Shown: positions 17,992-28,416, numbered from the stretch's first letter. The stretch: DNA of 44,225 nucleotides from an uncultured Campylobacterales bacterium (GCA_964582435.1 CAZORY010000001.1:1-44225); one strand, 5' to 3'. Translations and numbers: made by a program. Notes: generated by a model not told the origin, from the letters alone.

Positions 17992-19137
17992 TCAGTTTGC
18001 CGCTAGTGCTTGAGCTTTGTAACCGCGGATCACGCCGCCATCTTGGTCGAGAATTTCGATCTGATCGGCAAGATCGTTGATCTGTAGGCGATAGGTCTGG
18101 CCGGTGGCGTGTTCGCTGACGAAGTGTTTGGAGAGAAGAGTGAAGCCATCCATCTCCAAAAGCTCTTCGAGTTTGGCACGCTGAGCTTGACTCAGTGCAT
18201 GGAGATCGACGTCGTGTATTTTACCGGACGACGGTACGACGTTACTATCTTCGATATAGATCGCATCGAGGATCGTATCGACGAACGCTTTGGCATCGAA
18301 GGGGATGAGATCTTCGGCCCGCTCCCCGACACCGATATAGTAGATGGGGAGCCTCAATTCACTGGCGATACTAAAAAGCGCGCCCCCTTTGGCGGTACCG
18401 TCGAGTTTTGTGATGATGATTCCGTCGATATCCACCATCTCTTTGAACGCGATCGCTTGCTCGATGGCGCTGTTGCCCTGAGTACCGTCGAGTATCAAAA
18501 TCTTGCGGTGGGGTGCGGCTTTGTGGTCGTCGGTCGCAGGCATCGCTTTGGCGCAGACGCGGACGATCTTTTTGAGTTCGTTGGCCAGATTGGTCTGTGT
18601 ATGAAGCCGTCCGGCCGTATCGATGATGACGTGATCGTACCCTTTGGCTTTGGCGGAGCTGATCGTATCGAAAGCGACGGCGGAGGGGTCGTGGCCTTGC
18701 TTGGTATAGACGATGGGTACGTCGATACGTTCCGCCCATGAACGCAACTGTTCGATCGCCGCGGCTCGGAAGGTATCGGAGGCACCCAGCATCACCCGTT
18801 TGCCCTCGCTTTTGTAGCGTTGGGCCAGTTTGGCGATCGTCGTGGTCTTGCCCGCCCCGTTGACGCCGACGATCAGTTCGACGAAGGGCTTTTCGCCGTC
18901 GGGTTCGATCTTCTCGACGTCGTAGATGAAAAGGGAGATGAGCGTGTTGTAGAGTTGGATGCGCCGAACCGATTGGGGGAGCGATTCGACGATTTTTTCG
19001 ACCAGATCGTAGGTGACATCCGCTTCGAGGAGAAGATCTTCGAGTTCGTCGCGATCGATGGTTTCCCGCTTGACGGGTGCGCTGCTTTGGATCGTCTCGA
19101 CGGTCTTTTTGAGTCCCTTCCTAAGAAAAGAGAACAT
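17992..19137 (-). CDS. ftsY: SRP receptor FtsY with C-terminal extension
   Basis: GVNGAGKTTT, DTFRAAA, DTAGR, TKLDGTAKGG. Confidence 0.96.
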   Translation of the reverse strand: MFSFLRKGLKKTVETIQSSAPVKRETIDRDELEDLLLEADVTYDLVEKIVESLPQSVRRIQLYNTLISLFIYDVEKIEPDGEKPFVELIVGVNGAGKTTTIAKLAQRYKSEGKRVMLGASDTFRAAAIEQLRSWAERIDVPIVYTKQGHDPSAVAFDTISSAKAKGYDHVIIDTAGRLHTQTNLANELKKIVRVCAKAMPATDDHKAAPHRKILILDGTQGNSAIEQAIAFKEMVDIDGIIITKLDGTAKGGALFSIASELRLPIYYIGVGERAEDLIPFDAKAFVDTILDAIYIEDSNVVPSSGKIHDVDLHALSQAQRAKLEELLEMDGFTLLSKHFVSEHATGQTYRLQINDLADQIEILDQDGGVIRGYKAQALAAN

Positions 19138-19138
19138 C

Positions 19139-19720
19139 CTACTTCACCCCCTTGAGAGCCTCTTTGATATCGCTTTCGAGCATCTCTTCGGGCACGAGAC
19201 CCACGTAGTGGCGGAAATATTTGCCTTTGACGAAGAGAACCATGAAGGGAATGGAGAAGTTTCTAGGCTTATGGAGCATCTGCATCACTCGATCGGCCAA
19301 TGTCATGTTGTCTTTGGCGTTGGAGACGAGATAGTTGATGCCAAACCCTTGTTTGAAGCGTTCGACGGCGGCTCTATCTTTGGTTTCCACCAGGACCCCG
19401 ACGATTTTGAGTTTGCCTTCATACTTTTTTTGTAGATCGGCAAGGTGAGGGATTTCGGCACGGCAAGGAGGACACCACGTGGCGAAAAAGTCGAGCATGA
19501 CGACGGGTTCGCTCACATTGAAGTCGATCCCTTCGTCACCGATCGTCGCTTGGATCGACGTGTTGCCGTCACCCAGTACGAACGAGGTGGGTTGGGATGT
19601 TTCCTGGGGCGTGGACGTCTGCGCCGGCCCCTTTTTTTCGCCGCCCTTTTCACCACAGCCCGTCATCAGGAAAATCGTGACCATCGTGACAAATATCCAT
19701 ATCGTTCGTCCATATCGCAT
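19139..19720 (-). CDS. TlpA-family thiol:disulfide oxidoreductase lipoprotein
   Basis: Lipobox MTGC, FFATWCPPCRAEIP, SIP cis-Pro loop. Confidence 0.9.
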   Translation of the reverse strand: MRYGRTIWIFVTMVTIFLMTGCGEKGGEKKGPAQTSTPQETSQPTSFVLGDGNTSIQATIGDEGIDFNVSEPVVMLDFFATWCPPCRAEIPHLADLQKKYEGKLKIVGVLVETKDRAAVERFKQGFGINYLVSNAKDNMTLADRVMQMLHKPRNFSIPFMVLFVKGKYFRHYVGLVPEEMLESDIKEALKGVK

Positions 19721-19775
19721 TCGTTGTCCCTTTTGGTTAGAATAACGGGGATTATAGTGCAACAGGACTTAAAGA

Positions 19776-20369
19776 ATGGACAAAAAAATTTTCAGGCAAG
19801 AGTGCTTGCGGAAGCTAGAAGGCACTTTGGGATCGAGACGTTTCATCAAAAATCACCGATTGATGGAAAAAATCGATTTTCTCATAAAAAAATATAATCC
19901 TAGATCTATACTTTTCTATCTTCCGATGGGCCATGAACCCGATATTCGTCCTTTGATTCGCAAGTGGCGAACGAAGGTGAATGTCTATGTACCGTTTATG
20001 GAAGGGAAAAGTTTCAAACTGGTACAATACAGGCTGCCATTGTATAGAAAAAGATACGGCATTTACGAACCGAACAATTCACATTTTTACAAAAGAGAGA
20101 TCGATATGGCGGTCGTTCCGGTCGTGGGGGTCGACCGGCGTCTTGGCCGCGTAGGATTTGGAAAAGGGATGTACGACAGATTTTTCGGGTCGCTCGATCG
20201 ACGACCTTTGATACTGTTCGTCCAGTTGGAGAAGTGTTATACCCGTGATGTCGTCACCGACGATTATGATGTCGTGGCCGATATTTACCTGACCCCCGAA
20301 GAGACTATTACCCGAGGGAAAAAATATGTTGACAGAGTGGATCATAGGAGGTGCGGCCGCTACCGTTAG
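19776..20369 (+). CDS. 5-formyltetrahydrofolate cyclo-ligase
   Basis: YGIYEP, VVPVVGVD...RVGFGKGMYDRF. Confidence 0.92.
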   Translation: MDKKIFRQECLRKLEGTLGSRRFIKNHRLMEKIDFLIKKYNPRSILFYLPMGHEPDIRPLIRKWRTKVNVYVPFMEGKSFKLVQYRLPLYRKRYGIYEPNNSHFYKREIDMAVVPVVGVDRRLGRVGFGKGMYDRFFGSLDRRPLILFVQLEKCYTRDVVTDDYDVVADIYLTPEETITRGKKYVDRVDHRRCGRYR

Positions 20370-21861
20370 CGGTGTCGTGGCATTTTTTATCGCGAAAAAA
20401 ATCGACGCGTCCAAATACGATATCTACGTCGAACAGGCGCGTGCGAAAGCCAAGGCGATCGAACATGAAGCGGAGGCGGTCCTACAAAACGCCAAACTGC
20501 AGGTCAAGGAAGCCGAACTCGAAGCCAAAAAGAAATACGAAGAGGAGTTGGAACGCCTCAACAACGAGTACGATACGCGGCTGGCTCAACTGCAACAGCG
20601 CGAAAAGCAGCTGATCGAAGAGCAAGAAGAGTTCAAAGATTCTCAAAAGAGGATCAAAGAGCTCGAAATCTCTCTTGAAAATCTCAAAACAGAGTACGAA
20701 ACCAAACGTCGTGAACTGCTCAATCGGCTAGAAAGCGTCTCGGGATTGACCTCTGAAGAAGCGAAGCGTCTGGTGCTCGAAGCGGCCGAAGAGGATGCGA
20801 GATCCGAAATCGCCCATATCGTCCGCAAATACGAAATGGAAGCCAAGAACGAAGCCAAGCGGAAAGCCAATTACATATTGGCTCAAGCGACGACGCGCTA
20901 TGCCGGCGAATTCGCCGCCGAGCGGCTCATCAACGTGGTCCATTTGCCCGACGACGAACTGAAGGGCCGCATCATCGGGAAAGAGGGACGCAACATCAAG
21001 ACTTTGGAGATGCTGCTGGGCGTCGATATCATCATCGACGATACACCGGGAGCCATCATTCTGAGCTCTTTCAACCTCTACCGCCGTGCCATCGCGACGA
21101 GAACCATCGAATTGTTGATCGAAGACGGTCGCATTCAGCCGGCTCGTATCGAAGAGATCTACGAAAAGGTGACCGAGGAGTTCGATCAAATGGTCCTGGA
21201 AGAGGGCGAGCGTATCGTCGTGGATCTAGGACTTTCGCCGATGCATCCGGAGTTGATGAAACTGATCGGTCGCCTACGCTACCGTGCGAGCTACGGTCAG
21301 AATGCCCTGGGTCACTCTCTGGAAGTGGCCCATTTGGCGGGCATTATGGCGGCCGAAATGGGAGGTGACGAACTTTTGGCCAAGCGGGCCGGTATTCTTC
21401 ACGATATCGGCAAGGCGTTGACCCATGAATATGCGGGAAGTCACGTCGATTTAGGGGCCGAAGTGTGTCGCCGCTACAAAGAGCATGATGTGGTGATCAA
21501 CGCCATCTACGCCCACCACGGTCATGAAGAACCCAACAGTATCGAATCAGCGGCCGTTTGTGCCGCCGATACCCTCTCCGCCGCACGACCGGGTGCGCGA
21601 CGGGAAGTATTGGAGAGCTTTCTCAAACGGGTCAAAGCGATCGAAGAGATCGCCACCGCCAAACCGGGCGTCCATCATGCCTACGCCATCAACGCAGGCC
21701 GTGAAGTACGTGTCATCGTCAACGCTTCCCTCGTGACCGACGATGAAGCTATTCTTTTGAGTAAAGAGATCGCGGACGAGATCGAAAAAGCGGTCCAATA
21801 CCCCGGAGAGATCAAGGTCAACGTGATTCGAGAAACTCGGGCCGTTCAGTACGCTAGATAG
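20326..21861 (+). CDS. rny: Ribonuclease Y
   Basis: N-terminal TM, coiled coil, KH (KGRIIGKEGRNI), HD domain (LHDIGKA). Confidence 0.97.
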   Translation: MLTEWIIGGAAATVSGVVAFFIAKKIDASKYDIYVEQARAKAKAIEHEAEAVLQNAKLQVKEAELEAKKKYEEELERLNNEYDTRLAQLQQREKQLIEEQEEFKDSQKRIKELEISLENLKTEYETKRRELLNRLESVSGLTSEEAKRLVLEAAEEDARSEIAHIVRKYEMEAKNEAKRKANYILAQATTRYAGEFAAERLINVVHLPDDELKGRIIGKEGRNIKTLEMLLGVDIIIDDTPGAIILSSFNLYRRAIATRTIELLIEDGRIQPARIEEIYEKVTEEFDQMVLEEGERIVVDLGLSPMHPELMKLIGRLRYRASYGQNALGHSLEVAHLAGIMAAEMGGDELLAKRAGILHDIGKALTHEYAGSHVDLGAEVCRRYKEHDVVINAIYAHHGHEEPNSIESAAVCAADTLSAARPGARREVLESFLKRVKAIEEIATAKPGVHHAYAINAGREVRVIVNASLVTDDEAILLSKEIADEIEKAVQYPGEIKVNVIRETRAVQYAR

Positions 21862-21977
21862 ATGGACGTGGCGATCGAAAGGTGTCGATGTCATGGATGA
21901 TCGGTAGGGTTGGAGCGGGAAGAGGTGAAGGCGACTCGTGGCGAAGTAGAAAAAGAATCACCGCTCTTTGGGTGCGC

Positions 21978-22007
21978 AAGATCGCCGGTTTGGATACCGA
22001 CGATCTT
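21978..22007. terminator. Stem-loop between convergent genes (probable bidirectional terminator)
   Basis: AAGATCGCCGGT-TTGGAT-ACCGACGATCTT, 12-bp stem with one imperfect pair. Confidence 0.55.
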
Positions 22008-22018
22008 TCATGAAATGC

Positions 22019-22327
22019 TCAATCGCTTTCACACTTGTCGATACCGAGTTTACGAAGAAGAATTTCGAAAAAATCGCCACCCTCTTTGTCGTAATCGTCG
22101 TTGAATTCGATGTAAAAGGCGTAGGGTGTTTGTCCCGCTTTTTCACTGTTTTCGAAAACCATCGGCCGATCCCCCGTCTCTTCGATCGTCTCGTCGATCG
22201 CTTGCAGGATCTCATCTTTGAGCTCAGGGTGCTCTTTGAAGACGAGTTGGAGCCCCTCGTATCGTTCTTCTCTTCGAAAATAGGCTTGAATCTGACCACA
22301 TCGGTTCGGTGTTCTGGCTTCTGACAT
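22019..22327 (-). CDS. Hypothetical protein (102 aa), paralogue of 15729-16007
   Basis: AGGAG RBS before MSEART; motifs shared with paralogue. Confidence 0.82.
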   Translation of the reverse strand: MSEARTPNRCGQIQAYFRREERYEGLQLVFKEHPELKDEILQAIDETIEETGDRPMVFENSEKAGQTPYAFYIEFNDDYDKEGGDFFEILLRKLGIDKCESD

Positions 22328-22447
22328 CGAGTGTCTCCTGTCGAGTAGGTTGTGTGATTTAATCACAAAATCGGTAAAAAATCAAGGGAGATCGAGCAAA
22401 GGGCTTTCGAAATCTCCTCGACGGGGCGGTAAGGGATAATCGACGGG

Positions 22448-23362
22448 TCAGGTAGCGCTGTGTCCGGCAAATTGCGGGTACTCCTCTTCGTTGATTTCCG
22501 AATCGTCGTAGGGATCGAGGTGAATGTTGATGAGCCAGTCGGCATCGGGATCGATCCTTTTGATCTTCTCTTCCACGTTGTCTCCGATACGGTGAGCTTC
22601 AAGGAGCGACATGTCGGGATTGAAGACGAGATGGACATCGACGAAGTAATCGTTGCCCGCTTTTCGAGTTTTGAGCCAGTGGTAGTCGGTGACGCCGGGT
22701 TCGCTTTCGATCGCTTGTTTGATCTTTTCGACGATATCATCGTCCAGCGAGACATCCAGTAGCATCAAGACCCCTTCGCGAATCAGCTCGTAGGCCGAAT
22801 AGATGATGTAAAGGGCGATGGCGATACCCAAGATCGCATCGATCATATAAAAATCCGTGAAATAGATGACGGCGAGGGAAATCAAAATGGCGCCGTTGCT
22901 GAGAAGATCGGTTTTGTAGTGGAGTGCGTCCGATTTGATGACCATGTTGTTGGTGATTTTCGCCACATGGTTGAGGTAAGCTACAAGGCCGCCGGTAAGG
23001 ACGATGGAGAGCAACATGACGCCGATCGAAGCGTCCAGATGCGTGATCGGTTCGGGGTGGATGATTTTTGTGATCGCTTCATAACCGATAAAAAGACCCG
23101 ACATCGTGATGACCACCCCCTCGATGACGGCGGCGATCGCTTCGACTTTGCCTAAACCGTAGTTGAACCGTTCGTTGGCCGGTTTTTCCGCGTTTGAGAC
23201 GGCGAAAAAGTTGAAGAGCGAGACAGCTAGATCGAGCCCCGAATCGATGGCCGAGGCCAAGACCGCGACCGAACCGCTGAGAATACCGACGATCAGTTTG
23301 ACGATGACTAGGGTGACGGCGACACTCGAACTGACGATCGTGGCTCTCTTTTGCATGGTCAT
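22448..23362 (-). CDS. Cation diffusion facilitator (FieF-like) transporter
   Basis: [39 protein letters not shown]. Confidence 0.93.
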   Translation of the reverse strand: MTMQKRATIVSSSVAVTLVIVKLIVGILSGSVAVLASAIDSGLDLAVSLFNFFAVSNAEKPANERFNYGLGKVEAIAAVIEGVVITMSGLFIGYEAITKIIHPEPITHLDASIGVMLLSIVLTGGLVAYLNHVAKITNNMVIKSDALHYKTDLLSNGAILISLAVIYFTDFYMIDAILGIAIALYIIYSAYELIREGVLMLLDVSLDDDIVEKIKQAIESEPGVTDYHWLKTRKAGNDYFVDVHLVFNPDMSLLEAHRIGDNVEEKIKRIDPDADWLINIHLDPYDDSEINEEEYPQFAGHSAT

Positions 23363-23409
23363 GGTTTATCTCCGGAAAAAAATTTAGGAATTTTACTATA
23401 ATCTGCTTT

Positions 23410-24315
23410 ATGAACCTACAAGAGATTATCGAAGAACGTCGATCGTGGCTACGATGGAAACATATCGCGCCGTTGCGTGAATCGCTCGAGCGTCTGCCCC
23501 TTTTCGAGGATGTCACGGTGGCGTTGGGCGATTGGATACGTCTCGATGCTCCTTCGATCGACGAAGCGCAGAGAAAGGCGTTGGAAACGGTGGCCCGTAG
23601 GATGATGCCGTGGCGCAAAGGGCCTTTCGATCTTTTCGGCGTGGCGATCGACAGTGAATGGCGTAGTTACAAAAAATACAATCTTTTGCGCCCCTACATG
23701 GATCTAGAAGGCAAAAGGGTGGCCGATGTCGGATGCAACAATGGCTATTATATGTTCAGGATGCTCGAAATGGCCCCTAAAGAGGTCTTGGGTATCGATC
23801 CTTCGCCGCTGTTTCGTTCCCAATTCGATCTCATCAATCGGTACATTCGCAGTGACGTGTTGCGTTATGAATTGCTCGGTGTTGAACATATGCGCTATTT
23901 CGCCGATATGTTTGATACGATCTTCTGTTTGGGGGTCCTATACCATCGAAGCGATCCGATCGTAGCGCTCAAATCTTTGAAACAGGCACTCAAAAGAGGC
24001 GGCGAACTCTTTTTGGACACGTTCATGATCGACGGCGAATCGCCGATTTGCCTCGTGCCCGAGTCGACCTACTCGAAAATAGGCAACGTCCATTTCGTCC
24101 CGACGATCCCTGCCTTGGAGCATTGGTGTAAAAAGGCGGGTTTCGAACGTTTCGAAGTATTGGCCGTCGTCAAAACGGAATCCGACGAGCAGCGTAGGAC
24201 CGATTGGATACAGGGAGAAAGTCTCGAAAATTTTCTCAATCCCGACGATCCGTCGTTGACGGTGGAGGGGTATCCGGCACCCAAACGGGTCTATATCAGA
24301 GCCTATAGGAAATAG
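23410..24315 (+). CDS. cmoB: tRNA U34 carboxymethyltransferase
   Basis: [45 protein letters not shown]. Confidence 0.95.
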   Translation: MNLQEIIEERRSWLRWKHIAPLRESLERLPLFEDVTVALGDWIRLDAPSIDEAQRKALETVARRMMPWRKGPFDLFGVAIDSEWRSYKKYNLLRPYMDLEGKRVADVGCNNGYYMFRMLEMAPKEVLGIDPSPLFRSQFDLINRYIRSDVLRYELLGVEHMRYFADMFDTIFCLGVLYHRSDPIVALKSLKQALKRGGELFLDTFMIDGESPICLVPESTYSKIGNVHFVPTIPALEHWCKKAGFERFEVLAVVKTESDEQRRTDWIQGESLENFLNPDDPSLTVEGYPAPKRVYIRAYRK

Positions 24316-24317
24316 CC

Positions 24318-24791
24318 ATGGCCGAAGAGATAAACGACGTGAACGAAATCGAAACGGAATCAGACCGTCAGTCGCAAGAGAGTATCGAGCTGAAAACCCA
24401 TCAGCGGATCGACCAATCCCTTTGCGGCAACCTCGTGGAATTGAAACCCGGCTACGCGAAGGTGGAATTGGAGACGACACGGGATATGATCGTCGACGAG
24501 ATGGGGCTCGTACATGGAGGATTTACTTTCGGTGCGGCCGATTTCGCGGCGATGGCAGCGGTCAACGACCCCAACGTGGTACTCGTCAGTAGCGAATGTC
24601 GCTTTCTTTCGCCTGTAAAAGTGGGGGACCGTATCGTCTTCGAGGCCAAAGAGCTTTACAAAGAGGCGCGAAAGCGTAATGTCCATGTGGTCGGCTTTTT
24701 CGAGGATATCAAAGTCTTCGAAGGAGAGTTCATGGCCGTCGTTTTGGAACGCCACGTCCTCAAGCTCAAACTGGTCAAAGATGAGGAGTGA
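24318..24791 (+). CDS. Hotdog-fold thioesterase-like protein (Cj0977-like)
   Basis: DEMGLVHGGFTFGAADFAAM, FLSPVKVGD; position after cmoB as in Campylobacter. Confidence 0.85.
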   Translation: MAEEINDVNEIETESDRQSQESIELKTHQRIDQSLCGNLVELKPGYAKVELETTRDMIVDEMGLVHGGFTFGAADFAAMAAVNDPNVVLVSSECRFLSPVKVGDRIVFEAKELYKEARKRNVHVVGFFEDIKVFEGEFMAVVLERHVLKLKLVKDEE

Positions 24792-25385
24792 TCAGATCGC
24801 TCGCATCCAATAATCGATAAACGGCTTTTCCGCGCTCAGTGTCGTTTTGGGCCCATGACCGGGTAAGATGGTGTAGTCGTGTTCTATCTTTCTAGCTTTT
24901 TCGAGGCTTCTTTTCATCGCCTTCGGATCGGAATAGGGAAAATCGACCCGGCCGATGGACCCTTTGAATAGAAAATCGCCGCTGAACCACGTATCGTCCC
25001 ACTGGATGGCGGAGCAGCCGGGGGTGTGGCCGGGAAAGTGACGAAAGAGAAAGGAGACCCCCTCGATCGTCACCCATTCGTCGGGGGCGACGGCGACGTC
25101 TGGGAAGCTGGGCGGTGTCCCTTGCTCGAAAGGGTCCTTTTCGAGCATGAAAGCGTCACCTTCGGGGCAGTAGATGGGGATCTGCAATCTCTCTTTGAGT
25201 TCGGCGTTGCTCCAAACATGGTCGAAGTGGCCATGGGTATTGAGAATGGCGACGGGGTTTCGTACCTGTTTGAGGACCCATGCCGTGGCACCGACACCCG
25301 GATCGACGATGAAATCTTTGCCGTCGACGTGTAGAACGTAACAGTTCGTCTGATAGGGGCCCATCGGTTGCATCGTGATCTTCAT
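24792..25385 (-). CDS. MBL-fold metallohydrolase (glyoxalase II-like)
   Basis: TNCY, THGHFDH, PGHTPG, SGDFLF, PGHG. Confidence 0.93.
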   Translation of the reverse strand: MKITMQPMGPYQTNCYVLHVDGKDFIVDPGVGATAWVLKQVRNPVAILNTHGHFDHVWSNAELKERLQIPIYCPEGDAFMLEKDPFEQGTPPSFPDVAVAPDEWVTIEGVSFLFRHFPGHTPGCSAIQWDDTWFSGDFLFKGSIGRVDFPYSDPKAMKRSLEKARKIEHDYTILPGHGPKTTLSAEKPFIDYWMRAI

Positions 25386-25399
25386 GCTATACTAACTCC

Positions 25400-26218
25400 A
25401 TGGAATTTTTCGCTTCGACCTGGCAGGCTCTATCCGAAAGCGATCCCGAACGTAAAGGGGTTTTGGTAGAGCAATTGTACACAAATCTTAAAAAGAATCG
25501 TCTGACGTTCGATCATGGGGCGTCCATCCTATCGCTCGACACGCCCTCCTACGCGTCGATCGTACCGATCGTGGCACCTCGAGACGTACCCCGTCGCAAG
25601 CGTTTCGACGAAGTGGAAGGACAGGCGGTGCTCCTGCACGCCATCGCTCATATCGAATACAGCGCCATCGATCTGGCGCTCGATTCGGCATATCGTTTCA
25701 GAGAGATGCCTGTCGATTATTACCGTGATTGGATCGAAGTGGCACACGACGAGGTTCGCCATTTCAAAATGTTGGCGGATTTGATGGCGAAGATCGGGGT
25801 ACGATACGGAGATTTTCCCGTTCACACGGCCCTTTTCGACGCCGGTAGAAAGAGTGCCGGCGATGCGTTGGAGCGGATGGCGGTGGTCCCTCGTTATCTG
25901 GAAGCGGGAGGACTCGACGCCAATCCTCGCATCATCGCGAAACTCGCTCAAATACCGGGAAACCCTTTTATCGAGCGTGTGATCGAAGCCTTGGAGACGA
26001 TTTTGCGCGAAGAGGTGGGCCATGTGGCCAAAGGGGATCGGTGGTTCAGATATCTTTGCGACGCAAGAGGGGTGGATCGCACTATCTATTTCGACATTAT
26101 CGAGCGATACTATCCTGGATTGGAAAACAAAAGGCTCTCGTTGAACGTGACCGCAAGGCTCGAAGCTGGTTTCGCGTGTGACGAATTGAAACGGATGGGT
26201 GCGAAATCGTGTGATTGA
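25400..26218 (+). CDS. Ferritin-like protein (DUF455 family)
   Basis: LHAIAHIEYSAIDLALD, DEVRHF, LEAGGLD, EEVGHV..GDRWF. Confidence 0.9.
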   Translation: MEFFASTWQALSESDPERKGVLVEQLYTNLKKNRLTFDHGASILSLDTPSYASIVPIVAPRDVPRRKRFDEVEGQAVLLHAIAHIEYSAIDLALDSAYRFREMPVDYYRDWIEVAHDEVRHFKMLADLMAKIGVRYGDFPVHTALFDAGRKSAGDALERMAVVPRYLEAGGLDANPRIIAKLAQIPGNPFIERVIEALETILREEVGHVAKGDRWFRYLCDARGVDRTIYFDIIERYYPGLENKRLSLNVTARLEAGFACDELKRMGAKSCD

Positions 26219-26319
26219 TCGATACTTACGAGAAAACGTTAAATATAAAATGGACGATTAACTAAAAATTCAGTATTATAGAGTCAATTCTATCTTCCAT
26301 ACAGAATCAGGAGTCTCAG

Positions 26320-27456
26320 GTGGCACGTGAAATCCCATTTTTCAAACCGGAAATAGGCCCCATGGAGCGTGAACAGATCGAAGAGGTTCTCGATCTTGAA
26401 GGCGCATCGAAAATCGAAGAGTTGGAGCGAGCCTTCATCGAAAAAACGGGTGCGAGCTATGCCGTTTCGACCAACAGTGGGACATCGGCTTTGCATCTGG
26501 CGATGTGTGCGATGGATCTCAAACGGGGCGACAAAATCATCTGTTCCGTCAACTCCTTTCCGTCGGTACCCGAAGTGGTGCGCCATTTCGACGCCGAGCC
26601 GATCTTCGTCGATATCGACGCCGAAGATTTCAACATCGATTTGGACGCTTTGGAAAAGGTTCTGGAGAAAAACCAATCGAAAAAACTCAAAGGTGCCATC
26701 GTCAACCATGTCGGTGGGCAACCGACCGATCTAGAGCGCCTTTACGAGATCGCCGCCCGTTACGGTATCCGGATCGTCGAAGACGCGAGCGATGCGATGG
26801 GTGGTACCTACGAAGGCAAACCGATCGGAGCGATCGGTGCGGATATCACCTGTTTCAGCTTTTCGCCTCATATGAAACACTCCGTGGCCAACGGAGGTAT
26901 GCTGCTTTGCGAAGACGAGACCCTTCACGAACGCTCCCGGTTGCTTCGCAACCATGCCATACAGTCGGATGGCTGGGACAAATACGGCAACCTCGAGTAT
27001 ATCTACGATGTCGTGGATATCGGGTGCAAATACGATATGAGCTTACTCGATGCGGCGTATGCATTGGCTCAATATAAAAAAATCGACAAAATGATCGAAA
27101 GACGACGACAAATCGCGGCGATCTACGATCGAGAGCTTGCCGGTGTGAAACATGTCACGCTTCCCGTCAAAAAAAGAGATCACATCTATCAACTCTATAT
27201 CGTTCGTATCGATCGCAATCGCGACGGTTTCGCCAGAGCGCTCAAAGAGCGAGGGGTGCATACGGGCTTGCATTACATTCCTCTTCATCTGATGAGTTAC
27301 TATAAAAACAAATATGGCCTTCGCGTCAACGACTTTCAGCAAGCGCTGCAGACCTATCAGCAAGTTCTCTCCTTGCCGATCTATCACAATATGAGCGATG
27401 CCGACGTCGCATATGTATGCGAAGCGGTCAAAGCGGTCGCGGCGGAACATATTTAA
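26320..27456 (+). CDS. DegT/DnrJ/EryC1/StrS-family aminotransferase-like protein
   Basis: NSGTSALHLA, PIFVDI, IVEDA, FSF, GVHTGLHY.P, LSLPIY; GTG start with AGGAG. Confidence 0.88.
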   Translation: MAREIPFFKPEIGPMEREQIEEVLDLEGASKIEELERAFIEKTGASYAVSTNSGTSALHLAMCAMDLKRGDKIICSVNSFPSVPEVVRHFDAEPIFVDIDAEDFNIDLDALEKVLEKNQSKKLKGAIVNHVGGQPTDLERLYEIAARYGIRIVEDASDAMGGTYEGKPIGAIGADITCFSFSPHMKHSVANGGMLLCEDETLHERSRLLRNHAIQSDGWDKYGNLEYIYDVVDIGCKYDMSLLDAAYALAQYKKIDKMIERRRQIAAIYDRELAGVKHVTLPVKKRDHIYQLYIVRIDRNRDGFARALKERGVHTGLHYIPLHLMSYYKNKYGLRVNDFQQALQTYQQVLSLPIYHNMSDADVAYVCEAVKAVAAEHI

Positions 27457-27473
27457 ATGATCGAGCCTCGAGC

Positions 27474-28415
27474 GTGAAAGAAGCGTCGGAGGGCTTTCGC
27501 GCTTCGGTCGTCTCCTTTTTCGAAAATCTTTTCTACCGGCCCAGGTGGTATCACTGGGTCGTGGCGATGGTTTTGCTGCCGTTTTCGGTGACGTACGGCA
27601 TGGTGATGATGATTCGGCGTCGCATGCTCGAGCCTAGAAATATGGGGATTCCGATCGTAAGCGTCGGCAATCTTTTGATCGGTGGAAGCGGCAAAACACC
27701 GATGACGATCGCTTTGGCGAAACGATTCGACGAAGCGGCGGTGGTCCTTAGAGGGTATGGACGCGAGAGTAGCGGAGTCGTCGTCGTCAGTCGATGGGGC
27801 GATATCTTGTGCGACGTGAGAACTTCGGGTGACGAGGCGATGTTGTTGGCGCATGCTTTACCCAAAGCATCCGTCATCGTGGCCGAAGATCGTTTGGCAG
27901 GTATCCGCGAAGCCAAAGCGTTGGGGGCCAAGGTCGTTTTCTTGGACGACGGTTTTTCGAAAGTGGGTATCGAAAAGTTCGATCTACTCCTCTTTCCCGC
28001 CAAAATACCCAATCCTCTCCCTCTTCCATCCGGACCGTTCAGGGAGTTTTCATTCGAAAGGAAAAAAGGGGACTTGATAGCGATAGAAGGCAAGGATTTC
28101 GTCCGTAAAGTCACTTGTGAAGGGTGTGACGAGCCGATGCTCCTGGTGACGGCCATCGCCCGACCTGAGCGGCTGGAGCCTTATTTGCCACAAGATCTCG
28201 TCGCTGGACGCTACATTTTGCCCGATCATGCTTGGTTCGAGCCGGCAAAGATTCGTAAAGCGATGAAACAAGCGGGCGTCGAAAAGATTCTCACGACCGA
28301 AAAGGATTGGGTGAAGCTGAAGGATTTCGGTATCGATGGGGCTGTGTTAAAATTGGATTTGGAAATCTCGGAGCGATTGATAAAGGCGATCGAAAATCAT
28401 GTCAGAGGAAAATAG
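27474..28415 (+). CDS. lpxK: Tetraacyldisaccharide 4'-kinase
   Basis: SVGNL..GGSGKTP, LRGYG, GDEA, LDDGF, LPSGPFRE, TTEKD; start uncertain (ORF track gives 27417). Confidence 0.93.
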   Translation: MKEASEGFRASVVSFFENLFYRPRWYHWVVAMVLLPFSVTYGMVMMIRRRMLEPRNMGIPIVSVGNLLIGGSGKTPMTIALAKRFDEAAVVLRGYGRESSGVVVVSRWGDILCDVRTSGDEAMLLAHALPKASVIVAEDRLAGIREAKALGAKVVFLDDGFSKVGIEKFDLLLFPAKIPNPLPLPSGPFREFSFERKKGDLIAIEGKDFVRKVTCEGCDEPMLLVTAIARPERLEPYLPQDLVAGRYILPDHAWFEPAKIRKAMKQAGVEKILTTEKDWVKLKDFGIDGAVLKLDLEISERLIKAIENHVRGK

Positions 28416-28416
28416 T

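Noticed and set aside
19721-19775. 6S RNA upstream of the 5-FTHF cyclo-ligase gene, as in many bacteria
   Set aside because: Gap is only 55 bp between divergent genes.
21910-22755. ORFs 21910-22104, 21958-22299, 21968-22324 and 22363-22755
   Set aside because: They overlap better-supported genes (the paralogue with RBS, and the CDF transporter) and show no motifs.
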